Positions 24,941-37,116 of a stretch of DNA of 64,000 nt are shown here, piece after piece (within the stretch, counting starts at the first letter, position 1; each line of letters starts with the position of its first letter). Origin of the DNA: Octopus vulgaris (lineage: Eukaryota); NCBI GenBank assembly GCA_951406725.2, contig OX597828.1, positions 14,136,001 to 14,200,000 on the forward strand. Direction: 5' to 3'. Below the pieces are notes generated by a model that saw only the letters and a program-made list of their open reading frames with translations, was not told the DNA's origin and did not search any database. Made by a program: the position numbers and the translations under genes.

Positions 24941-26746
24941 TATATATGACGGGCTTCTTTCAGTTTCCGTCTACCAAATCCACTCACAAGGCTTTGGTTG
25001 GCCTGAGACTATAGTAGAAGACACTTGCCCAAGGTGCCACGCTGTGGGACTGAACCCAGAACCATGTGGTTGGTAAACAAGCTACTTACCACACAGCCAC
25101 TCCTGCGCCTATCCACACAGCCACTCCTTCCCCTCTCTTTCTTCCTTTTCTTTCTCTCCTTTATTCCCTTCTCTCACTTCCCTTTCCCTCTCTCATTTAT
25201 TTCCCTTTCTCTCTTCCCTTCTTACTCCCCACTCCCCTTTTCTCCTGTCATCCCTTCATAGACTTATAGATCATTAAGGTCCTGTCCGCTGGACTCGGTT
25301 CCAGTTTCAAGTCATTAAGCAGGATGCAATATCTGCTGCCCTCAGCTTCCTTCATAGCCCTGAGACAGCTCTGGAACCTGGCACATGTATTTCTTAATGT
25401 TGTCCCATGAAGATCTTTGAACACCAACCTTTTACTTGGCTGCCTGCTCCATCTTGGTATTGCAGGCAGAGTGGCTGGCGTCTTTCTCAGCTGCACCCTA
25501 CTCACAATAATCCATGAGATTTACAATCAGGAGAATTCTGACACCCAACACAAATCCTTATAATAAACGTAACTCTTTTCCAGTCCTCCATGTCAGCTAA
25601 CATTTTCTCAACAACTTTAATTTTTTGCCATTGACAGTTCGCTAATGCATCAAGTTCTGCCTGAAGAAAAAGTAGACATAAATATATATATACTCTTTTT
25701 TTTTTTTTTTTTTACTCTTTTTACTTGTTTCAGTCATTTGACTGCGGCCATGCTGGAGCACCGCCTTTAGTCAAAGAAATCAACCCCAGGACTTATTCTT
25801 TGTAAGCCTAGTACTTATTCTATCGGTCTCTTGTGCCGAACCGCTAAGTTACGGGGATGTAAACACACCAGCATCGGTTATCAAGTGATGCTGGAGGACA
25901 AACACAGACACACAAACATATACACACACATATATACAACAGGCTTCTTTCAGTTTCTGTCTACCAAATCCACTCACAAGCCTTTGGCCGGCCTAGGGCT
26001 ATAGTAGAAGACACTTGCCCAAGGTGCTACACAGTGGGACTGAACCCTGAACCATGTGGTTGGTAAGCAAGCTACTTACCACACAACCACTCCTGTGCCT
26101 ATATATATATATATATATGAATTAAAATCTAATACAAGGAAAATAGGTTCCTCTTATATGAATGAAAACATCCAATTTTTCACTGGCTAAACTGTTTAAT
26201 ACCCAGTTTAGTAGAGAAAAACTTTACAATTCACATGGGTGTATATTAAATTTATAAAAAGGAAAAGATAATGAAGATATACAATTGCCAATTTAAAAAT
26301 TAATATTTATTAACATAATAGTATAGGTGTATGAGTGGCTGTGTGGTAAGTAGTTTGCTTACCAACCACATGGTTCCGGGTTCAGTCCCACTGTGACACT
26401 TTGGGCAAGTGTCTTCTACTACAGCCTCAGGCCAACCAAAGCCTTGTGAATGGATTTGGGAGACGGAAACTGAAAGAAGCCCAGCGCATGTATGTATGTG
26501 TGTGTATTTGTTTGTGTGTCTGTGTTTGTCACCCCCAACATCGCTTGGCAACCGATATGTTTATGTCCCCGTAACTTAGCAGTTCGGCAAAAGTGTCCAA
26601 TAGAATAAGTACTAGGCTTTCAAAGAATAAGTCCTGGGGTCGATTTGCTCGACAAAAGGCAGTACTCCAGCATGGCCGCTGTCAAATGACTGAAACAAGT
26701 AAGAGTACAAGAGATATATTTTACATCTTTTTTCTTATTTTTTTAG

Positions 26747-26816
26747 CTAAAAATTGGTACAAAGAAATCTTAAGCAAAGATGGCCTAGATGTTGATAACC
26801 TACGGCATTCAAACAA
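26747..26816 (+). CDS. PUS7: PUS7 exon N
   Basis: (A)KNWYKEILSKDGLDVDNLRHSN(K); TTTTAG acceptor, AA|GTAAGT donor. Confidence 0.94.
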
Positions 26817-27261
26817 GTAAGTTGGTGCTTTCGAATTATTGGTATTTTTCTTTTTATTTACCGTTTTGTCTTTTTGTTTTTGTTTTGTTTTGTTTTCGTT
26901 TTTATGTCAGTTATTAGACTGCAGTCATACTGGAGCACCAGCTTGAAGACATTTCAGTTAAATGAAATGACCCCCAGTATTTTTTTATTTTAAGCCAGGT
27001 ACCTATTCTAAGTACCAGACTTGAAAAAAAAATACTGGGGGCCAAAAATGGTTGAGAAATGGTCAAGAAACACTGTTCTAAAGTATCCTCACCCTTGTTT
27101 AAGACAGTAGGATGTAATTTGAAGGTGTTTGGGCTGCTATATCTGGCAAGAAGTGTGACTGCATAGAAGTACCCTCAGTCACTTGTTTCACTCAAATTAT
27201 TTAGTATGATGAATTGACTCTAATGACAGAAGCTGATCAAACAAGAGATCAACCATGTTTT

Positions 27262-27690
27262 TATTTACATTATTTACATTTGACAGATATTTGTCCTCAT
27301 CTTGTTTGTTGTTAACACAACATTTTGGCTGATATACCCTCCAGCCTTCATCAGGTGTCTTGAGGAAATTTCGAACCTGGGTTCTCATTCCTAAGGTATT
27401 TTCCGACAACGACGACGAGGTCACTGCTTGGAATTGAACTCTGAATCTTGGGATTAATAGCCCGTGCTCTTAACCACAATGCCATATGCAATAATAATAA
27501 TAATAATAATAATAATAGCATCGAAAAATACCTTAGGAATGAGAACCCAGGTTCAAAATTTTCCCAAGACACCTGATGAAGGCTGGAGGGTATATCAGCC
27601 AAAACGTTGTGTTAACAACAAAATGAGGACAAATATCCATCAAATGTAAATATTGTACATAATTCCTCTTCTCTTAAATATAGACCTGAA
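27262..27690 (-). mobile_element. tRNA-headed, hammerhead-bearing element with an inverted duplication of its tail
   Basis: Direct repeat CAACCATGTTTT at 27250-27261 and 27691-27702; tRNA-like A/B-box head at 27418-27489(-); inverted arms at about 27262-27406 and 27521-27660, each with CTGATGA-A-GGCTG..CAGCC-(A)AAA. Confidence 0.75.
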
Positions 27691-29927
27691 CAACCATGTT
27701 TTATCAGCATCTTGAAGAGTGTGTAGGTGCTGTTACTCAGCTCTCCTAAACCATTCTTGATCCAGCAGATATTGTCTAAAACACAGATTCTTTACCATTT
27801 TTTGTCTATAGATCCCTCTGATTACTATTTTATTCTGGTGGATCCCACTAGCCATTCATTGTTTTAAAATATTTGTTGCTTTTATAGATACTTCTTTCAA
27901 AATTCTTATTTTGTCGAAATTTAAATCAAATTCGATGACTGGCATCCGTGCTAGTGGAGTGCAAAGAGCACCAACCGAGCGTGATCATTGCCAGAGCAGC
28001 AAACTGGCTTCCATGCCGGTGGCACATAAAAAGCACCATTCGAGCGTGATCGTTACCTTACTGGCACTTGTGCTGGTGGCATGTGAAAAAACATTTGAGC
28101 GAGGTCATTGCCAGTGCCAATTGACTGGCCCCTGTGCAGGTGGCACATAAAAAACACCATTTGAGTATGGCCGTTGCCTGTACCGTCTGACTGGCCCTCA
28201 TTACCAGTGTCACGTAAAAGCACCCACTACACTCTTGGAGTGGTTGGCGTTAGGAAGGGCATCCAGCTGTAGAAACTCTGCCAGATCAGATTGAAGCCTG
28301 GTGCAGCCATCTGGTTTGCCAGTCCTCGGTCAAATCGTCCAACCCATGGTAACATGGAAAGCGGACGTTAAACAATGATGATGATGCCTTCGCTTGTGTA
28401 GGATGAATTATGTAAAACATCAGAGAAAGAAACCTAACTGTTTTTTGGAATAAATATATCGAAATCAAAAACTATTTCATGGTCCCCAAGAATACTATTG
28501 CAGACCTAATTTACTATTTCGCTTGTGAAAGATCTCATATTGACCCTAAGGGGTATATGGTTGAGAGCCACTGGCCTAAAACATTCAGGCTGTGACCATC
28601 CTGTCTTTTATTCAAACATAGCATATAAAATAAGGGTTATTCTTACTTTTTTTTTTAAGACAATAGGGTTTGGTTTGTAGGAAATTTAATTGCTATTTCT
28701 AGAGGCCTGAGTAACCACATAAAAAATCCATCATTGGATCCTCTATGAGTACACTTTATGATCAAATATGTTCCAACCATGACCATCCTGTCACTCGTTT
28801 TTCTTTCATGATATATCTGGGACTATATTATCTAATGTATCCTCGCTTTTTTTTTAAGACAGTCAGGTGTGATTTGAGGGAAATTTAGCTATTGTTTTTT
28901 ATTGATTGATTGACCATGTGGAGACTCTAGACATGTTGACGTCATAGAAAAAAAATGGTTTATGTATTGTTGAAAAGCTGATATTTTCTATTTTTCTATG
29001 GGAAAATTGTTGCTTGAAAGTTTAAAAATCTGTTCTACAGAATGGGGTCCAAAACATTGGGTAAAGACCCCTTTCAGTCATGAATGACCATGGAATTGCA
29101 CCTAGAAAGTTCCCCTCCAGGGCACAGGTCTGGGCAAGGTTATATATATGGAAGATCAGCAGTTGTCCATGCATACCAGTCTCCCCACTGGTATCAAAGG
29201 GAGAGGCCATGGCTGATACAGTTTGGCACCAGTGACATTGCAACTCATTTCTATAACTGGAGCAATGTGAAATGAAGTGTCTTGCTCAAGATCACAACAG
29301 TCCAGGAATCAAACTCACAACCTCATGATTGTAAGCCTGACACTCTAACCACTGAGCCATGCACCTTCATCGGCCCCACACATTACAGTTTAAATTAAAT
29401 TTAAATAGCACAGGAGTGGCTGTGTGGTAAGTAGCTTGCCTATCAACCACATAGTTCCAGGTTCAGTCCTACCGTGTGGCACCTTGGGCAAGTGTCTTCT
29501 ACTATAGCCTCGGGCCGACCAAGCCTTGTGACTGGATTTGGTAGATGGAAACTGAAAGAAGCCTGTCATATACAAGTCTTTGTGTCTGTGTTTGTCCATC
29601 AGTGCTTGACAACCAGTGTTGGTGTGTTTACACCTCATAACTTAGTGGTTTGGCAAAAGAGACCAATAAAATAAATACCAGGCTTAAAAAACAATAAGTA
29701 CTGGGGTTGATTCATTTAACTAAAAAATTTTCCAAGGCAGTGCTCCAGCATGGCCACAGTCTAATGACTGAAACAAGTAAACGATAAAAGACAAACCCAT
29801 CGAGGTGGTGCCCCAGCATGGCCACAATCCAATGAATGAGATGAATATAAGATAAAAAAATTGAAGATTAAGCTTACAGATTAATTGATTAAAAAAAAAC
29901 CCAAAAAAACTATCCTTTCTTTTCCAG

Positions 29928-30079
29928 AGATTATTCTTTACCTGGCACCTACCGGAAAATGGTGATCAAGTCTACAGGTGTTTCTTGGAAAATCTATCGG
30001 TACAATGATGTGAAGATCCCCCTCTCTTACAGTGATTATGAATTGTTAAATGGCCCCAAGGAACCTGAGTCAATTGAAG
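29928..30079 (+). CDS. PUS7: PUS7 exon O
   Basis: DYSLPGTYRKMVIKSTGVSWKIYRYNDVKIPLSYSDYELLNGPKEPESIE contains the DYSLxGxYRK motif. Confidence 0.96.
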
Positions 30080-30486
30080 GTAGCACTTTTAAATGTCTTA
30101 AGTTATTTTATTATTGCTTAACCCTTTAGCATTTAATCCAGCCATATCCAGCCCAAATAGTTTACCTGTTTGATGTTAAAACTGACCAGATCCAACCTCT
30201 CACACATATCCTACAATGTCATTCAAAAACTATACAAACACACCACTGAAACCTTGAAGCTACAAAATAATGCATGATTAATTCAAAACAATGTGAATAA
30301 GCATTAGACTTAACAAAGAAATCTGAATGCTTTAGGGTTAATCTGGCCATGTCAGGCCCAAATATTCTATTTTATGTTCAGAATGACTGGATTTAGCCTC
30401 CCACACCTATCCTACAATGTCATTCGAAAACTAAACCATCAAAATCTTGAAGTTACAAAATAATGCATGATTAATTCCAAACAATG

Positions 30487-30911
30487 GGATCTTTTCGGTT
30501 TAAACGACAGTTTTTAACATAAATTTTAGGTGACTAAAATATTTTAAACTTCGTATACTGGTAGAATGTATTTATAAAACATCTTTTTCTCTTGGTTTTA
30601 TTGAGAAAATTCTATAGTTTGTAAGATATTTGTTGTTTTATTTTCTTCAATTTCTGCAATTTCAACCAATCACTGACGTCTATTGAGGTAAGAAAAAAAA
30701 ACATTCTGTGCCGTATGAATATGTCCCTCGTTTAAGAAACAGATTGGGTTTATTTACATTTGAAAAGAAAAAAAAGATACCCTTCCCCCCACCCCTAACC
30801 CTAACCCTAAAACAGATTGAAATGCAATAGATCAATACTAGGGTCATAATTATGGGTGACAATTTCTTATGACACCGCTAGAAAAAACTGCCGTTCAAAC
30901 CGAAAAGATCC
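30487..30911. mobile_element. Merlin-like MITE, copy 3
   Basis: Same TIRs; 8-bp TSD AAACAATG at 30479-30486 and 30912-30919. Confidence 0.9.
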
Positions 30912-32227
30912 AAACAATGTTAATAAATAAGGATTAGATTTAACGAAGAAATTTGAATGCTAAAGGATTAAGTGTAGGTATGGCTGTGTTACCCAACCAT
31001 ATGGTTTTGGTTCAGTACTTCTGCACGGCACCTAGGATCTTGTACTATAATCCTTAGCCAACCAAAGTTTTGTGAGTGGATTAGGTTGATGGAAACTGAA
31101 AGAAGTTCATCATCTACCTACCCATCCATATATGCATGTGTGTGTGTGTGTTACTGTCTCCTTTTTGCCTTGACAACATGTGGTAGTACTAAGCAGGTGT
31201 TACCATCATACAAGCAGGTGCCTTTGTTTCCAGTCTTCTGAGGCATGTCTGCTTATGGAGAAATATTACCTTATTTAGAAACAGGTGAGGGTTGATGACT
31301 GGAAGGGCATTCATCATACAGAATCTGGCTCAGTAAATCCTGTCCATCTAACCCATGCCAGCATGGAAAAGTGCACCATAAATGGTGATGATGATGATAT
31401 TGATGAGGTTAATCTTTGGTTTCTGTGATTTATGTCACACACAAGTTGGCTGCAGACACATCTGCCATCATCATCATCATCATCCTCGTTCAACGTCCTA
31501 TTTCCATGCTGGCATGGGTTGGACGGTTTGACAGACGCTGGCCAGGCAGAAGATTGCGCCATACTTCTGAGTCTGTTTTGACATGTTTTTTTTATGCCTG
31601 GATGCCCTTCCTAACACCAACCACCCCGCAGAGTGGGCTGAGTGCTTTTTACGTGGCATCAACACATCAAGGTCAGTTCTGGCATATTTTTTTTTACAGC
31701 TGGATGCCCTTCCAAATGCCAACCACTTCAGACTGTGGACTGGATGCTTTGTAAGTGGCCAAGTCACCAACTAACTTGCAAGACAAGGAACCTTTGGGAG
31801 GGGAGGGGGCATTGGAGGAGGTGATCGTGTGACAGAAAGACAGAGACAGATTCCTTGCTGCAGAGGAGGAACATGGTTATCCAGCCAGAGAGAGTTAGAG
31901 GTGGTTAAGAAATGCATTATGCAATGATGTGGTTATGAAATCACATGTTTAGGAGTTCAAACTTTTAACTACTACTACCACCAACACTACTACATGTGAT
32001 TAACCTAAGGAAAAAGGGTGGTTGCTTGACCAGCTTAAAAAATAGCTAGCAAGTGACCAAATGTCACTCAAATCAGAACCTGGCCCTCCTGAGTAAGTTG
32101 AAGGTGAACATTTCCCCCAAAAATGTACCTGTTTCTGGCAATTGAGTGAATTTTTACCTATTCTTGACAACTGGGTGAATTGGCAACCATTCTTGACAAT
32201 TAGGTGAATCGGTGCTATCCTCGATAT

Positions 32228-32267
<40 letters not shown>

Positions 32268-32601
32268 CAGCAGCAGCGATGTGTGGTGGTGGTGGTGGTG
32301 TTAGTAGTAGAGGTGGTGGTAATAGTGATGAGGCTAAGTAAATATTCACAGGGTATTGAGATCTTGTTTAGATAAATTGAAATTTAGATAATCTGATATT
32401 CAGATAACCAAGGTTTGCATCTGAGGCATCAAAGACAAAATTATTAGATTTTTGTTTGTTTGTTTGTTTGTTTGCATTCCTTGTTCCCCACCACATCCTC
32501 CCTCTGGGTTATCTGTTAAGAAAACCCCCACCAAAAGACAAACCACTAACTCATTGTTATCTTATCTTTTCCTTCTATGTTCTTCAAACCATTTGAAACA
32601 G

Positions 32602-32768
32602 GAGGAAACCTGAAAGCCATTAGGCTGTGCATCACACTGCCACCTTCCTGCTATGCTACAATGGCCATTAGAGAGATTATGAAAACCGACACGTCTTCTG
32701 CTTACCAAGCAAAACTCACTGAAGAAATCGCAGATTCCGACGATAAACAGGCAACACTTGAGTCGTAA
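32602..32768 (+). CDS. PUS7: PUS7 terminal coding exon
   Basis: (G)GNLKAIRLCITLPPSCYATMAIREIMKTDTSSAYQAKLTEEIADSDDKQATLES-stop; LPxSxYATMAIRE is the TruD C-terminal motif. The 16 exons total 1830 nt in one open frame. Confidence 0.96.
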
Positions 32769-32836
32769 TGCTTCAAGCGTTTGGTTTCAAATCTCTCATT
32801 CTCAGAACCATTAATAATAATCATATTAATAATGAT

Positions 32837-32842
32837 AATAAA
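32837..32842 (+). promoter_or_regulatory. Putative PUS7 polyadenylation signal
   Basis: AATAAA about 70 nt after the stop codon, followed by T/GT-rich sequence. Confidence 0.5.
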
Positions 32843-35800
32843 CATCTTTTGTTTTATAATGTGTTTTTGTGTAATTGTTTTTTCTTTAATATTGATGTTT
32901 GTTGTGTGCATGTATGTGTGTATGTTTATGTATGTTTGTGTGAATGGTGGTGGTGGTGGTGGTGTATTCCGTTTAATCAACTGAGAAGAAGTTTACATTA
33001 TCATCATCATCATCATCATCGTTTAATGTCCGCTTTCCATGCTGGCATGGGTTGGACGATTTGACTGAGGACTGGCGAACCAGATGGCTGCACCAGGCTC
33101 CAGTCTTGATCTGACAGAGTTTCTACAGCTGGATGTCCTTCCTAACGCCAACCACTCCGAGAGTATAGTGGGTGCTTTTACGTGCTACCGACACGAGGGC
33201 CAGTCAGGTGGTAATGGCAACGGCCATGCCCAAATGGTGTTTTTTTAATGTGCCACCTGCACACCAGCACAAGTGCCAGTAAGGCGACGCTGGTAAGGAT
33301 CACGCTCAAATGGTGCTTTTTATGTGCCACCGGCACAAAAAACCATGCCAGGACTTGTGCCTCGGGGGGTAACTTTCTAAATACAATCCCATGGTCATTT
33401 ATGACCAAAGGGGGTCTCCTCCTCAAAAAAATATTAGCATCAATTTGGATAAGGAGTTATCTGAAGCAAAATTTTTTACAGCGAAGCACTACAGTCACCT
33501 CTGGCCCCATTTTCAGCCATCTGTTATTCTCCCCTCATACTCATATGAAACTACCTGTTCTGACCCTGATCGATTGTCTGTATCTTCCCCTACACTCACC
33601 TTTGTGTACCTTGAGAGTTTGCTCTGCTACCCCACATCTACCATCTTTCCTTTCTCCCTTGTTACTTTCACCCGCCTTCACAATGCAAAGTAGCCTGGTA
33701 TCTTTTCTACAGTAAGACACCTATGCATTTCCCTCTGTTATACTTTAGCTGCTCAACATCTGGCACAAAGCAACCTCCCTCTCTCAAATACTCTCCTCCC
33801 CCGACTATTCAAAGAGGCATTTTTTTCTGGTCTTGCAAGTTACTTGGCAACCTCATTAGTGCTGGGGTCATGAAAAAAGCACCCAGTACACATTGTAAAG
33901 TAGTCGGTGTTAAGAAGGCATTCAGCCATAGAAATCATACCAATGCAGACATTGGAGCTCAATTCTATCGATCTCTTTTGCGGAACCACTAAGCTACGGG
34001 GATGTAAACACACCAACATCGGTTGTCAAGCAATGGTAGGGGGACAAACACAAAGACACACAATAGATATATACATATATATATATATATATATAATATA
34101 AATAATATATAAATATATGCATATGTACATGCCTACATATATATGTATATATACATGCATATATGGGTACCGGACATCAAAAGAAAACGTTGAACACAAT
34201 GAGAAATGAAAACATAAAAACAAAAACATAGAAATGAACTTTCTTTTTTGTTTTTCAAACAACAAAAAAAACAGAGAAATGAGACATGCAACTTAAAGAA
34301 TATTCTCCTTCTTCAGTTGTCCCTGTTTCATCTACTCCACATTTCGAAGGCAAGGACAAGACACGACTTCATTGAAACAGTCCTTCCTGGAAAGCAAATT
34401 AAATAAAATTTGGGATTTTTTGTGGAAGGTGAAATTGGTAAGAAGAACAAGACGATAGAAAAATCATTATGAACGCTAGGAAGCCGAGCTTATGAGAGGA
34501 GACAGTATAAGCATGTGTTGATCTTTAGGAAGGTAATGGGCAGAAAGATAGATTCTCTTTTGTCATGTGTCAGCGACGAAAGAGTCAAGGAGGAAGAGTG
34601 AAAGAGAGAGAATGGTGAAGAATAGGGAAGGATGGGACAGAAAGCCAGAAAGGATGAACAAGAGAGGGAGAGGGATAGACAGAGAAGAGATAGTAAAGAA
34701 GAAGATTTTGCTTCATAATCATTAAGATAAAACTTACTTGGAAAAGGGCATGACAGGCTTCTTTCAGTTTCCATCTACTAAAGCCACTCACACGGTTTTG
34801 ATCAGCCTGAAGTTATAGTAGAAGACACTTGTCCAAGGTGCCATGCAGTGGGGCTGACCCCAGGACCATATAGTTGGGAAGCAAGCTTCTTACCACTCAG
34901 CCATGCCTGATCAAGTTATCTATAATATAAATTGGACATGGGCGATCAATGTATTCTTTCTTGTCTTGAGGTTCACAGCCAAACGGCTGGGTGGATTCAT
35001 GTGAAAAATGGCACACATGTGCAGACGGGTGCATAGATTGGAATGCGGTTTGTATTTTTTCCCTAGCCCAAGAAAATAGATTGAAACTTTTTCTAATGGA
35101 ATTCCCCTATTTGTTCTGCCATTAAAGCAATCAGTTGCTCACACTGCCGGCATATACCATTTCACTAGCAACAAGGGGAGTACAGGATGACAGTCAGCCA
35201 AAACTTTTGCTATGCTGTCTCTCTTCTTTCACCTCTTTATGGGGATAATAATCTTAATCTTTAGTTAGAGTTTCTCATTCAAACTACATAATAGGCAGAA
35301 TTGTCGGATTAAGATAGTAGGGTGGTTTTGAGGGAGATTAGGCTGCTATTTCTACCAGGTCTAGCTACCATGTAGAGGTCTGAACTTAATTTTCATTCGC
35401 ATATTTGCATTTCAAAAATTTAACATAATCTTTTCCATAAATCAACTAGCATAAACACACACATGCGCATGCACTCATGCACACACACACACTCACACAC
35501 AACCATTTCATATATCTTCTCTCAATTTCTGTTCTCTGCAAATAAAATTTTTACGGATACAACTGCTTACAAAAAAAGGGATTAATGTATATCTTTCTAT
35601 GTTCATAATTAAATCAATGTTTTAATGATTAGACAGAGGTCCAACAGAATAGTTCTCAGAAACAGACTACGTACAAATTCGTTCTTCACAACTCCTGAAG
35701 CTGTTTTCTGACAAGGGGTGGGTCAGGAAATTTTCATACAGCTGAGGCTCCAATCAAAACAGGGGACCTGAAATGATAAGGTTGAGAAACACTGTTATAG

Positions 35801-36485
35801 ATGATACCTAACCGAAAACGATCACACCCACATCATCCAAACAGACCGTTGAAACTGGGCTTAGCTGCTAGTTTTATATAAAATGAAATATCAAAAACTA
35901 ATATATTAAATTATTGTTTTTTTTTTTAAACTTTTCTTTCTTTTTATTTGTTTCTGTCATTATACTACGACCATGCTGGGGCACCTCTTTGAAGAACTTT
36001 AGCTGAACAAACCGACCCCAGCACTTATCATTTTTTTTCTAAATCTTTAACCCTGGTACCTGGTTCTTATTCTATCAGTCTGCTTTGCCAGACTACTAAG
36101 TTATGGGGACATAAACACACCAACACCAGTTATCAAGTGGTGGTGGGGATGGGAGGGAACATAAGCACAAAGATACACACACTCACACATATATTTATAA
36201 CAGGCTTCTTTCAGTTTCTATCAACCAAATCCACACACAAGGTTTTGGTCAGCCTGAGGCTGTAGCAAAAGACACTTGCCCAAGGTGCTACACAGAGGGA
36301 CTGTACCTGGAACCATTTTTATTCATTATCATTTTAATGTCTACATGTTCATGCGCTTAGCAATCCATGTAGAAGCTCCTTTTGTTGGCTCAAAGAAATA
36401 CCTTTTCTCTGCAGGAATATTTCTAATAGAACCATCTGTAGATGAACAACAAATTCCTCAACCCCAGCAACACAGAAACTAAATA

Positions 36486-37116
36486 TTTTTTTTTTTTCTA
36501 CTCTAGACACAAGGGCCGAAATTTTGGGTGGAAGGAACAAGTCGATTAGATTGACCTCAGTATGCAACTGATACTTAATTTATCAACCCCAAAAGGATGA
36601 AAGGCAAAGTCAACCTCGGCAGAATTTGAACTCAGAACATAAAGACAGACAAAATACCTATTTCTTTACTACCCACATAGAGCTAAACATCGAGGGGACA
36701 AACAAGGACAAACAGATTAAGTTGATTATATCGACCCCAATGCGTAACTGGTACTTATTTAATCAACCCCGAAAGGATGAAAGGCAAAGTCAACCTCGGC
36801 AGAATTTGAACTCAGAACGTAACAGCAGACGAAATACCTATTTCTTTACTACCGACAAGGGGTCTAAACACAGACGAAATACCTATTTCTTTATTACCCG
36901 CAAGGGGCTAAAGACAGAGGGGACAAACAAGGACAGACTTAGGTATTAAGTCGATAACATCGACCCCAGTGCGTAACTGGTACTTAATTTATCGACCCCG
37001 AAAGGATGAAAGGTAAAGTCGACCTCGGCGGAATTTGAACTCAGAACGTAACGACAGACGAAATACGGCTACGCATTTCGCCCAGCGTGCTAACGTTTCT
37101 GCCAGCTCACCACCTT
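36486..37116 (-). mobile_element. tRNA-derived SINE (family B, Meta/MESC-like domain), multimeric, 14-bp TSD
   Basis: Head GAGCTGGCAGAAACGTTAGCA...GAGTTCAAATTCC, body GCCTTTCATCCTTTCGGGGTCGATAAATTAAGTACCAG three times, poly(A) tail; TSD ACAGAAACTAAATA at 36472-36485 and 37117-37130. Many other copies (9870-10075, 10690-11550, 16908-17370, 19085-19295, 57730-57955). The domain name is from recall. Confidence 0.85.

Noticed and set aside
25248-25670. Minus-strand ORF containing ...TTLRNTCARFQSCLRAMKEAEG
   Set aside because: Probably the C-terminal remnant of another maT/Tc1 transposase, but too decayed and lacking TIRs to delimit
34290-34365. Minus-strand GAAA ... CTGAAGA pair, and CTGATGA at about 6548 and 53649
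   Set aside because: Could not build consistent hammerhead helices around them
34918-35168. Possible second Helitron-like remnant (TCTATAATATAAA...CTAG)
   Set aside because: The terminal hairpin and A|T target site are not convincing
36415-36482. Good acceptor (CCTTTTCTCTGCAG) then GIFLIEPSVDEQQIPQPQQHRN-stop, phase-compatible as an alternative last PUS7 exon
   Set aside because: It would delete the essential LPxSxYATMAIRE motif, has no recognisable homology, lies among repeats, and its stop falls in a SINE TSD; it needs RNA evidence
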